Positions 24,901 to 35,991 of a stretch of DNA of 64,000 nucleotides are shown here, in pieces (within the stretch, counting starts at the first letter, position 1; each line of letters starts with the position of its first letter). The notes under the pieces are model-generated. The model did not search any database and was not told where the DNA came from. It worked only from the letters and a program-made list of their open reading frames with translations. The position numbers were made by a program, and so were the translations under genes. The DNA comes from Rebecca billardiae RCC1528. Lineage: Eukaryota; Protista; Haptophyta. The stretch covers positions 3,782,001 through 3,846,000 of the forward strand of contig OZ251224.1 in NCBI GenBank assembly GCA_965240325.2. Direction: 5' to 3'.

Positions 24901-27900
24901 AGCCGGGCGCGCCGAACGCGACGGGCGCGGGCGCGGAGGGCGGGGCGCACGCCGCGCCGCCGCCCACCGAGTGCCGCTGGTGGGACGAGGCGCGCGGCGC
25001 GTGGGTGGCTGACGGCTGCGCCACGCTCGCCAACGCGCCCGGCGGCGGCGGTGACGGCGGCGGCGGCGGCGGTGACGGCGGCGGCGGCGGCGGTGACGGC
25101 GGCGGCGGCGGCGGTGACGGCGGCGGCGGCGGCGGTGACGGCCTACTGTGGTGCGCGTGCGACCACCTCACCGAGTTCGCGGGCGTGGCGCTCGACGTGC
25201 CCGAGTCGGGCGCGGACGCGCTCGACGACGTGCGCTCGTTCACCCTCAACCCGCTCTCGACGAGCGACGTGGCGGGCGCGCTCAGCGCACCCGCCGCAGA
25301 GCGCGACCCGACCCTGCACTCGTTGGTCGCTGCGCTCGCGGCCGCGTGCGCCGTCTCGGTGGTGGCGCTGGCGTGCTTCGAGCGGCAGAGGGCGCGGCGG
25401 CTCGCGGCGCAGGTGGGCGGGGACGACGACAAGCCGGGCGCGGAGCCGACGGCGCGCCCCTTCCGCCGCGCGCTCAGCATGCACGCCGCGCGCGCGCGCG
25501 CCTCTGACCCGGCGGCCGCCGCCTCGCGCGCCGCCGCGCCGGGCGCTGGGCTCGTCAGCGCCGAGATTGCGATCTCGGCACAGTCCGGCGCCGAGATCGA
25601 GATCTCGGCGGCGCTGCGCGCGGCGCTGACCGAGCTGCACGCCGCGTGCGAGATCCAGCGGTACGTGCGCGGGCTGCTCGCGCGCCGCGCCGCGCTCGAC
25701 GACGCCGAGTCGAACGCGCCGAGCACGCCGCCGGCGGGCGCCAAGCGCGAGCGGCTCGCGCGCTGGCGCGCGGCCACGCGCCGCGCGAGCTCGAGCGGAG
25801 GCGAGGAGGCGCTGGGGCTGGCGCGGGCCCTCGCCGTGCGCGCGGGCTCGGAGCACACGCTGCTCGGCGCGCTGCTCGCACGGCGCGAGCCCGCCCTCCG
25901 CCCCTCCGAGCTCGCCATCCTCTTCTGGGCGGCGGCTGCGCTCGGCCTCGTGCTCTCGTGCGCGCAGTACGACAACGCCCAGCCCGAGCAGGGGGCGGCC
26001 ATTGTTCTGATACACGAGCTGCTCGCCGCGGCGACGACCGCGCTGCTCACCGCGCCGCTGCTCGGCGTGGTGAAGGCGCTCTTCTCGCGCCGCCGCCGGC
26101 CGAGCGTGCGCCGCATGCTCTCCCGCGCCGAGCGCGCCAAGCTCGTCTTTGCCGAGGCGGTGAGTGTGCGCGCCGCCGCGCTCGAGCCGCGATCGGCGGC
26201 AGAGGCGGCGGCGCCGCCGCCGCCGCCGCCGACGGCAGGGCCGGGCGCGGGCGCGGGCGCGGGCGCGGCGGGCGGTGGGCGCGGCGCGCGCGCGAGGGCG
26301 TGGGCGGCGCGCGTGCTCGGCGGCGCCTCGCGCGCGCGCGGCGCGGGCCGCACGGCGCTGCCCGACGGTCGCGTGCTCCCCACGCGCCAGCCGCGCCGCT
26401 CGCCCGTCCAAGTGACGCTCAGCGCAGCCAGCGATACGCCGCCGGGCGCGGCGCCGCGCGGCGCGGGCTCGGCAGGGCTGGCCGCCGCGCCCGCTCGGTG
26501 CGCCGACGAGGGCGCAGGCAGCGGCTCGAGCGGCTCCGACTCGGGCGGGCGCGACAGCTCGCTTGGCGCCCGCGCCCGCGCGCTGCAGCACACGCAAGGC
26601 GTGCGCTCGCGCGTCGCCGCAGCGGAGGGTGGGCTGGGCGCGGGCGGCGCGCTGGGCGGGGGCGGCGCGCCCGGCGCGGACGGCGGCGCCGCCGAGGCCG
26701 AGGAGCGGGCGCGGGCGCCGCAGTCGGGCGCGGCGCCGCCTTCTTCGGCGCAGCCCCCGAGCCTGCTCACTGAGTGCGCGCTGCGCGAACACACGGCGCG
26801 GACCTCCTCCACGACGCGACGGCGCAGCAGCGCACGCGCCGCCCTGGGCGGGCCGGCCACCTCGGCCGCGGCCGAGCGGAGTCCTGTCGGCGCGCGCGCT
26901 GAGCCCGCCTCCCTGCGCCAGCCCGCGTCACTCGAGCTCGCGGATGGCGCGCCGCCCACGCCGCCATCGCGGCTGCCGAGGCTCCGGGGCGGCGCCGACG
27001 GGCCCTCCCTCGGCGGCCGACCGACCCGGCTGCCGCTCCGCTCCTCAGGCTCCTCGCCGCCCCCGCGCTCCTCGCCGCCCCCGCGCTCGCCTCCGGGCTC
27101 GCCGTCGCGCGACGCGCGCGCGCCGCGCGCCGAGGCGGCGCGGGAGTACGCGGAGGCGGCGGCGGCGGCGGCGGCCAACACGGCCAGCAGCAGGACCACG
27201 GCACCGCGCTTCTCGAGTCGCTCGGGATCGACCGTGACCCTCGCGTGGGCCTCGCCCCAGCGCTCGACCTCCTGTGGACGCGTCTCGCCAGCGAGCGCGT
27301 TGGCGGCGGCGGCGGCGGCGGCGGAGGCGGCGGCGGGTGGCTCGAGCTCGCGAGACGGCCGTGCGTCGGGCGCGGCGCCCGGCAACGGCGGCGCCGCCGG
27401 CTCCGCCCCGTGTTCAGGCGCCTCGCCGCGCTCGCCGCCCTACTCGCCGCCCGGGCCCGCGCCTCCGCCATCGGCGGCGGCCGCCGACTCCGTCGTACCG
27501 ATGCGCCGAGCGCCGCCGCGCGAGCGGCCGGCGTCAGCGGCCGGCCGCGTGCAGCTGCCGCCGATGCCGCGGCCGGCGGCAGTGGCGCACGGCGGCGGCA
27601 GCGGCGAGTGGCACCGCGCCCGGCCGAGCGAGCGGCTGCAGCTGCAGCTCAGCTCGCCGCCGCTCCGCACGCGCGTGGGCGAGCTCCAGGCGCGCCTCGC
27701 CACTTTCTCCAACCCCTCCGCGCCGGACTCGCCCGCGCCGCGCCGGGAGCCGGCGCGCCGCACGTTCTCCGCAGAGCTCGCGCAGCAGTACATGCCGTCC
27801 GCGGCGTCGCGCTTCGAGGCTCCGACCGAGGCCGAGCGGCTGCGCGCTTCAGGTAGGTGGTCTGCCGCGCCCTCGCCGCAGCTGCCGCCCCGCCTCGGCG

Positions 27901-28778
27901 GCGTGCTGGAGCGCCAGTCGTCTGCAGCGCTCGCGACCGACGACGGCGCGCGCGCCACCGACCTCTCGGGCGTCTCCGTGGCGGAGGCGTCCGAGCTGAC
28001 CAGCGCGTCCCTCGCATCGCTGTCGGCGCTCTCCGCTCCGCACGCGAGCGGGCTCGACTCCGCCTCCGCCTCGCTGCTGCGCTACCGCTTCGTGCTCGCC
28101 GACCCGACGCTCTCGGGCGCGGTGCACCCGCCCGCCGCGCGCCGCTTCCTCGAGGAGCTCGGCTTTGGGCGCGCTCGCGCGGCGCGCGCGGTTGCGCAGC
28201 TCGAGGCGGCCGCCGCCGCGTCGGACGAGGCCGCGGGCGGAGGCGGCGGGCGCGCGGGCGGAGGCGGCGGGCGCGCGGGCGGAGGCGGCGGGCGCGAGCG
28301 CGCAAACGGTGACGGCGTCATCACCTTCCGCGCGCTGTGCAGCTGGTACGCGGTGCGAGTCGAGGACGAGGCGCGCGCGCGCGTGCGCCGCGCGGCGCGC
28401 GCGCGCGCGCTCGCGCCGCTGTGCTGCGCCGCGCGCGGCGCGTGCTCGGCGGCGTGCGGCCGGCGCGTGCGCACGACCCTCGGCTGGCTCATCTCGGTGG
28501 CGACGGTGTGCGCGTGCTGCCTCTCCGCGCTCGCGTACGGCTACCGCTTCGGCCGCGCCAAGACGCGGCGCATGCTGCTCAGCTGGGGGCTCGCCGAGGC
28601 GCAGCGGCTCGCGCTCGTCGAGCCGCTGCTCACGCTCGTGCGCGTCGGCGCGGCGCAGGCGGTGCGGCGCACGGCGCACTTTGGCGCGACAGTGGGCGAC
28701 TCGATCAACCACACGCTCGCGTCACTCGCCGGCCGCTGCCTGCAGTGGGCGCTGGGCGGCGCCGGGCTGGCCGGCTGA
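12978..28778 (+). CDS. Giant (~4965 aa) polycystin-1/adhesion-receptor-like protein: signal peptide, RCC1 repeats, (SPPP)n stalk, REJ, GAIN/GPS, multiple TM
   Basis: Exons 12978-13129, 13243-13422, 13563-13916, 14066-14404, 14641-14820, 15086-28778 (14898 nt, open after splicing). RCC1-type repeats G..HTC.....KCWG.N..GQLG. Pro-rich region ~15190-21775. REJ-like VNRPPHGG...SWTDDDADDLPLSYAFG. GPS CRWWDE...W...GC...CACDHLTEFA. Hydrophobic segments follow. Confidence 0.85.
15190..21775 (+). repeat. Coding minisatellite encoding ~2200 aa of Ser-Pro3/4 (extensin-like) repeats
   Basis: A 39-bp unit (SPPPPSPPPAPPP) occurs five times from 15230. A ~51-bp unit (SPPPSPPPSPPPxPPPP) dominates ~17200-21400. 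Longer blocks are duplicated (e.g. the PRLPP block at ~15835 and ~17025). Confidence 0.95.
25041..25142 (+). repeat. 18-bp tandem repeat (GGGGGD)n inside the GPS motif
   Basis: ggcggcggcggcggtgac repeated about 5-6 times between the GC and CAC cysteines of the GPS. Confidence 0.9.
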
Positions 28779-29425
28779 GCGCAGATTACTGTCTAGCTCG
28801 CTATTACCATCAACATACAGTCACCTGCTGTACTAGCAGCTAGTAATCATGCGCATGCGCGAAGCATCCGACGAGTGTCCGGAGCCGAGCCTAGTTCCCC
28901 GGGCTACTGATGACTGAACTCAGTCGTACCGTTGTGTTAGTGCCGACGAATCGGCCTCTGGCCCTCTGCAGGCTGAAGCTAACTAGTGACTGCCGAGTCG
29001 TAGCTACTGCGTCAGTGCGAGACGCGAGTGCCCGAACTCCGCGACGACCGATCGTAACTTACGACTGTACGAACAGCGGCAATGTCGGTACTGAGCTGGG
29101 CATCCGCAGCCAGTCTGACGACGACGACTGGCTCCCGACTCGCGGGGCCGCTACCTGCTACAGCGGAGCCTACGGGCACTCGGCCCAACCTTCAAGCTGT
29201 TGACGCTTCGCCGTCACCGGCCGACCGTGTTCCCCGCCGTGACCGTCACTACCGTACTGGGTATCACGTGGATCCCGGAGCACGACCCAGGCCTCGACAA
29301 GCGGCAAGCAGTGGTCATGCGTGGAGGCGACCCCATCGTTCCGGGCCCGGGCGGCCGCGCGCAGGCACCGCGGTGCCGCACGCACTGATTATCGGCCTGC
29401 TCAGTCCGAAATCGCGCAGTCCACG

Positions 29426-31261
29426 ATGATGCCTGCGGTGCTGGGCGTGGTTGTGGCCATCGGCGGCGTCGTCACGCCGGGGCCGCGAGCAACGGCTCCG
29501 GGAGTCTCACACGCGCGCATCACGCGTGCCGCATCCCGTGTCGCACTGTCGATGAGCGCCTTTGAGGTCGAGCGACGAGCGTTTGTCGGTGGCATTGCGT
29601 CGTCCGCCGCGCTCGCCGACTCGTTCGAGACTCGCTTCCTGCGGCAGGTCTCGCCGACGCCCGGGCTGGCGACGGCGCCGAACATGCCCGATCTGCCGTC
29701 TTTTTACGCGCCCTTCTTCAAGGGCGGCGGGCGCCGCCTCACCCCGGAGGCGCTTGCCCTGCGCAACCTGCCGACTACGTGTCCGCCGATCCTCGAGCTG
29801 CGGAAGCTGGTGCTGCAGCTTGACGCGCTGCGCATGCTCGAGGGCTCGGAGCAGCTCAAGCTCGCGCGCGACGCCACGTTCTGGCCGGCCATCGAGCGCA
29901 TCCTCGGCGAGCTCTCCGTCGCCCTCGCCGAGAGCCCGCCGCTGCTCGTCCTCTTCGTGCCAGACGACCAGACGCGCGAGACCAAATCGCGCACGGCCGC
30001 GATGCGCGAGGAGCTGAACAGCGTGCAGACGGCGGTGTACGGGCGGAACGTGACGGGGCTCGCGCAGCTGCTCCTGCCGCTGGCTCTCCAGCTCGAGCAG
30101 CTCGGCCGCCTCACCGTCGGCCGCTTCCCGTACACGGTGCCGCGCGGTGGGCGCTTTGAGACGCTCCCGCGGCTGCTGGGCAGAGGTGCGCCGCCGCAAG
30201 CGCGCGCGCGCGATCCGTCTGCGCGGCGCGCGGACTCGGCGGGCGGGCGGTGGTTGGCGCGATGCGCCCACCGGCCGGCCCCGTCCACCCGACCGACCCG
30301 CACGCGCGGCACTCTGCACGCGCACGCACGCTGCGCCGCGCGCGCAGCCGAGGCCACGCTCACGTTCCGACGGATCACCTCGCTTACGGAGAACAGCTCG
30401 TCGACGGTGCGCGCGACGCTGTTGCTCGACGGGTACGCCGCGCCGATCTCGGCCGGCGCGTTCGCCGACCTCTCCGTCCGCGGCTTCTACAACGGGCTGC
30501 CGCTGTATGACGGCCTCGGGCTGCAGCAGAACAAGTCGGCGGTGGGCAAGAACGCGCTCGGCTGCGGCACCGTCTCCGCAAACGTGACGGGCTTCGTCAA
30601 CCCGTACACGGGCGAGTACCGCACGGTGCCGCTGGAGTACAAGGCGGTGCGGGCGTCAGAGCCCGTCTACTTTGAGCTCGAGGAGCTCGAAGTCGACGAG
30701 GAGGAGGAGCCAGGCGAGGTGCAGCAGCCGGGCGGCGACGGGGGTGGCAGCGGCAGCGGCAGCGGCAGCGGCAGCGATTCTGGCCGGCGCGGCATGCTCT
30801 CGGCGTTCGGGCTCGGCAGCAGGAAAGTGGAGGAGGAGGCGAACAAGTCGCCGACCGAGAAAGCGCCCGGCCCGCCCGCCATCCCCTTCAATGTGGACGG
30901 CGTGATCGGGCTCTTCCATCCGCCGGGGAATCCGGATGGCGCGTCGTCGCAGTTCTTTTGGCTCGCAGACCCGCAGGCCGACGGCCGGAAGCTCGACGGC
31001 AAGTACGCGCCGTTCGCGCTGTGCGTCGACGGGTACGAAGACCTGCTTTCGCTGCGCGCGGGCGACATGCTCGAGCTCGTCGAGCTCGACCGCAGGGCGA
31101 CACGGATCCTGACGCGACCGGGGCCCGCGCCCAAGTACTCAACGCGCTCGCGCTCAACGTCCATCCGCGACTACAACATGCTCACTGGCGAGTACATCCG
31201 CGAGCAGGACGCCACCGCGATCCCTGCGGAGGTGCCGCTAGAGAAAGCCCCGCCGCGATGA
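29426..31261 (+). CDS. Plastid-type cyclophilin PPIase, CYP38/TLP40-like
   Basis: Signal-peptide-like start MMPAVLGVVVAIGG, then a helical region, then LPRLLGRAEATL after removing the 162-bp intron 30186-30347. Cyclophilin motifs LDGYAAPISAGAFADLSVRGFYNGL, VPLE, ASSQFFW and LDGKYAPF match the CYP38/CYP37 type. Confidence 0.85.
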   Translation: MMPAVLGVVVAIGGVVTPGPRATAPGVSHARITRAASRVALSMSAFEVERRAFVGGIASSAALADSFETRFLRQVSPTPGLATAPNMPDLPSFYAPFFKGGGRRLTPEALALRNLPTTCPPILELRKLVLQLDALRMLEGSEQLKLARDATFWPAIERILGELSVALAESPPLLVLFVPDDQTRETKSRTAAMREELNSVQTAVYGRNVTGLAQLLLPLALQLEQLGRLTVGRFPYTVPRGGRFETLPRLLGRGAPPQARARDPSARRADSAGGRWLARCAHRPAPSTRPTRTRGTLHAHARCAARAAEATLTFRRITSLTENSSSTVRATLLLDGYAAPISAGAFADLSVRGFYNGLPLYDGLGLQQNKSAVGKNALGCGTVSANVTGFVNPYTGEYRTVPLEYKAVRASEPVYFELEELEVDEEEEPGEVQQPGGDGGGSGSGSGSGSDSGRRGMLSAFGLGSRKVEEEANKSPTEKAPGPPAIPFNVDGVIGLFHPPGNPDGASSQFFWLADPQADGRKLDGKYAPFALCVDGYEDLLSLRAGDMLELVELDRRATRILTRPGPAPKYSTRSRSTSIRDYNMLTGEYIREQDATAIPAEVPLEKAPPR

Positions 31262-31519
31262 TGCCCACGCGCCCGCCGCCTAGAGAAAGCCGCGCGAGCG
31301 CGCTCGACCATGTCCGTTCGGCATCGGCCGCGGCGGCATCGTTCAGATCGCTCGGGATTCGGGGGGGAACACGTGGCGGCGGTCCAGATGGTTTCCGCGT
31401 CTAATTGGCCCCATTTAAAAAATGATGATGATGTTCGGCCGCCATCTCCACGGCCGCCTTCTGCTTCGTCATCTGATTGCACGCGGCCGGCAGCAAGCTT
31501 GGCGAGCGCTGCGGCAGCC

Positions 31520-32558
31520 ATGGTCTCCTCGCACATTCCTGCCATCGGGCGGCTCGCGCTCCTCGCGCTGCTCGCGCTGCCTGCCGGCGAGTGCGCCGTG
31601 GTCGTGAGGCAGCCGCATGGGCTGCGGCTGCACGCCATCTCGGCCCGCCCGTCTCAGGTCGCACGGTGCGCGCGCGGGTGGGCAGTCGGTTGCGGGGGGT
31701 CGCCACCGCTCGGGCGCCGCGGGCCGTGCGCGTGCGCATCGCTGCGATGCTGTGACATGACCCTCCCTCTCCGCACGCTCGCCGCGCAGGTCGCGCCTGG
31801 CTTCGATGCACACGTCGTCCGATGACCTCGAGATGGCGGATGCGCTCCCCGCGCGCACGGCGTCGCGTACGCGGCACGCTGCAGGCGCACTCTTGGGCCG
31901 CGCGCAGCGCTGGCTGGCGGGTGCGGCGAGCGGCCTCGTCTTCTTCGCGGCCGCGCGCCCGGCGCACGCCGGGCGCAACGCACCCCCACCAGAGCCTCGC
32001 GGCCGCATCGAGATCTCTTTCGACGCCGAGCCGCGCGAGCTCACCGGCGCGGAGAAGGCGGTGTGCGTCGGCATCTCAGCGGCTGCCTCCGGCGGGCTTC
32101 TGTACTGGGGCAAGCTCACGGGCGACCAGGAGGACCGCGATGAGGAGAAGCGCATTAAGTCGGAGACGGAGCGGCTCAACAAGGTGCGCGACGAGTTCCT
32201 CATGGACGACGAGGTCGTGAACGACGACGACCTCTTCTCGTCCCTCCGCAAGCGGATGGGCAAGGCGGGCAGTGGCGAGGACGATGTGCCGAGCGGTCCC
32301 GAGCCCTCCTTCGATGGCTTCGACGGCCTCGACGGCCTCGACGACTCCGACGACCCGACGCCGAGCCCGCCGCCAAGCTCGGCGCCCTCGGCGCCGACCG
32401 GCCTCGCCGAGCCACCGACCGGCCTCGCCGAGCCGCCCACAGCGCCCCCGGAGCCGCCCTCCTCACCCGCCCCCGAGCCCGCTGATGATGATGACGGGCC
32501 GTCTGGCGACCGCGACGCAGACATTGAGCGCTTGAAGCGCATGTTCGGCTCCTCCTGA
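31520..32558 (+). CDS. Hypothetical signal-peptide, single-TM protein (probably plastid/thylakoid), ~304 aa
   Basis: Exons 31520-31665 and 31790-32558 (GTGCGC...GCAG intron, frame restored). Signal peptide LALLALLALPAGECA, internal GLVFFAAARPAHA (lumen-signal-like AxA), TM VCVGISAAASGGLLYW, acidic tail. Confidence 0.7.
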
Positions 32559-33393
32559 GCTGCGAGCACGGCCGCTGCCGTCGCTGGAGCGGGGGGCTGC
32601 GCCGAGCGGCTCGGGGCCAGCGGAGAGGAGCAGTGCGCAGACATTCATGCTGGACTGCACGGACCGGCCGTCACGGCCGTGGTCGGCATGAACAGTTTGA
32701 CCCGCGGGCGCGCCAAGACCGTCTCATGCCAGATTCACGGACTGAGACTGAGACTGCTCACGACTCGTCATTGGCAGTGGCTACGCCCAGCTTAATTAAG
32801 CCCACGACTGGAGTCGGCCTTACGCGGATGAATAATGTTTCATCAGTCGAAGTTATACCCTTTAAGTCGTTTATTCGGATCATCTTAGGCCAGCAGAGTT
32901 AGCCGCTAGCTAGTATTAAGTCAAAAGTGTGCCCCGTCCGTCAGCTGTGAGTGTGAGTCGGCAGTGCCAGCCTGAGGCTGAGGGTCAGGAGGCTCAACGG
33001 AACGGCTCGGACATTCGGATGCAACGACGTCGACGATCACGACGGCGAAGTATGATACTCATCCGAGTCATCGGATATAGCTTACTCCGCGACGTTAACT
33101 ACTCAGTTACTAACTGTAGCCCGTCACCGGACCGAACCGCCGCCGCCACAGCGTCCTGCTCATCATGGACGATTCATGCAGCACTGATATGGCTACGTAC
33201 GGGCCGGACAGCCGTGCTGTCCCCTCTCGCCCGTGCTCGCAGTCGCCGTCGCGCTCCGCGGGCCGCGGCCCCGTCGGTCACACCGCCGCGGCGGCATCGG
33301 TACGCGCGCGCAGCGGCCGCCCTCGCACTCACGCACTCGGCATCGACGCGGCGGCGAGGCTACAGTGTGCCGTGACGGTGCGGGTGGCACAGC

Positions 33394-33474
33394 TGCACCG
33401 CGGACCCCCCACTACATTGGTTCCAATAACGGAAGAAAGAGGACGGGGGACCGCGGAACGACGCGCGGTCACAT
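33394..33474 (+). mobile_element. Orphan right end of the Helentron/DINE-like family
   Basis: TGCACCGCGGACC (1 mismatch to the family subTIR), then CTACATTGGTTC, then hairpin GACCGCG...CGCGGTC (33449-33470). No clear left end upstream. Confidence 0.65.
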
Positions 33475-33476
33475 AG

Positions 33477-33782
<306 letters not shown>

Positions 33783-33912
33783 CATTAATTCAGCGGATCG
33801 ATATCGACAGAGAGATCGATATCGTCGATCATCGATCAATCATCAAATCGATCGATCATCGATCGAGAGATAGAGAGTCACTACCTAAATCCGCAATCGT
33901 TGACGTTAAAGC

Positions 33913-35856
33913 TTATGGCCCGCGGTGCAGGGCGGAGCGCGTAGCGTGGAGCCCCGCCGGGGGCCCTCACTACGTTGTCAAAAAGATCTTTTGATCAAAG
34001 AAAAGGGGACGGGGGACGATTTTTACGGTTGTTGGAGGGTGAGTTTTCGCTTTTTCGAGGGGTAGATAGCTCTCTATCGCAAGATGCGGTTGACGAAATA
34101 GGCGCGCCCGGACGTGAGTAATAAGAAAGATCGAAGGCCGCTGGCCGTCACTTTGTCAGTAAAGTTTAGTCATCGTGTCATCGACGCTATTGAAAACTTG
34201 GTCGCCGGTCCAAGGGCCGTATTGTTTTGACAAAGTGCATGTGCATGGGTCATATACTACGACTGTTTCAAACTGCATGTCGGCGTACCGAGCGCGCTGT
34301 TTGCCGGTTTGCATTATTTTGCGCACGCGCGGGGGTCATATTGAAAAAAACCGTAGTAAACTGTAATCACGCCTTAACCAAGTGTGCACGTTAAAACATG
34401 GTAAATGGTAGAATATCGGGTTGAAGAATACTAACGACGAAGCTTTGCGCTCGCGTGGCTCGAGCGCGAGATGGATGAACCTCCTTTGCCATAATATGAA
34501 AGAAAAACGGGTTACCCGCCCGCCAGCGTCTCGCGACGAGGACGGGTGCCCAAGCGGCAAGCGCGCACATCATGATCATCGCCGTCGGCGGGCCCATCTT
34601 CGGCCGGCTCGAGCTGATGCACATCACGACGCTCAAGCAGGCGCTGTCCGTACCGACGTTGGCGCGCCTCCAGCGGATGGTCGACAAAGCACCCGTGGGC
34701 GAAGGAGGACCACAATCATGGCCGAGTCATCGGAGACGTCGCTGACCTCGCGGCTTCAAACAATCAAACATCAACCGCTCAGCCGGTTGCCACCGCGGCC
34801 GAGCGGTGCGCGCTCGCCACCGCGGCCGGCGCTGTGCACGGGCGTGCTGAGCCCGGGCCGCGTGAGCTCGCCCACCTCGCCCGGCGCGCACGCCGACGCC
34901 GCCACCGCGGCTCGGCGGCCGGACTCATCTCGGCCCGCAGCGCTTGCGTCCCCCCGCGGCGGCGCGCGCCGCCGTCGCCGCCGCGCAGGCCGTGCACTCG
35001 GTGGATGAGGAGACGGCCCTGCTGCGCGCGGAGCGCTGCGCGCCGCGCGCTGCTCCTGCTGCGGCGCGCAGTAGTCCGCTCGTCCGCCCCGCGGGCTCGC
35101 CACGGAGCCGACGAGCGCGATGACGACAATCGAATGAGCACGAGTGCGCACGGAGGCGCTGGGCGCCGCCGCTGGCGAAGCGCGGCGCCGAGCTCGACGC
35201 GCTGCGCGACGCGGCGACGGACGCGCTGGGCGCGCGCGGCGCCCTCGTCGCGACGCCCCGTGCAGCAGCTCGAGCAGCCAGCTGTGGAGTAGACGGCCGT
35301 CGACTCGAGGGCGCCACCGCGCCGGGTGAGTGAGCACGCACGGGCTCCGCCTCGGTCGGAGGCTGGCTGGCCGCCGCCGTGGCTTCGAGGCCGACGCGGC
35401 GGAGGAGGCGGCGGGCGAGCACGGTGGCGCGGTGGAGCAGGCGCGCACGCGCGGCGGCAGGCGCGACCCGCCGCTCGCCTCGTTCCACCCCGAGCTCCGC
35501 TCGGTCTCGCCTCTCGGTGCGCGGCTGCGCAGCGCCGTGAGCGCAGGCTGGGGCCGCTGGGGGTGGGGCCAGCAGAGTGGTGCGCGCTCTCGCTCTGCCG
35601 GCACGAGGCGCGCCGGCTGAGCGACCAGCGGCCCGTCGTCGAGCGCGTGGCGCAGCGCGAGCACCTCAAGGCAGGCTCGCCCTGCGCGCGCGCGCCGCTG
35701 CCCCGGCCGCCGTCCGTACTTCTTCGCGCGCGGGCCCGCGGCGACAGTCCTCATCGGCCCGCCATGTTGACCAGACTGAGACAGCAGCCGACGGAGGGTG
35801 CACCGCGGGCCCCTAACTACGTTGGTTCTACGGAAGGACCGCGGAACGCGGTCATT
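33913..35856 (+). mobile_element. Helentron/Helitron2 (DINE-1/HINE-like) non-autonomous element, copy 1
   Basis: Left subTIR GGCCCGCGGTGCA 33917-33929 plus a conserved ~130-bp left block. Right subTIR TGCACCGCGGGCC 35799-35811. Terminal hairpin GACCGCGGAACGCGGTC 35837-35853. Confidence 0.7.
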
Positions 35857-35991
35857 ACTATCACGCCTGAACCGCAAGTGTGCGCAGCAGGTTAAAGCAT
35901 AGTACTAACTGCACTGCAGCGTAGTAGCCCGTGACAACCGCCGCCGCCACAGCGTCCTCATCACCGTGCTGCCAAAGTGATGCCCGGGCTT

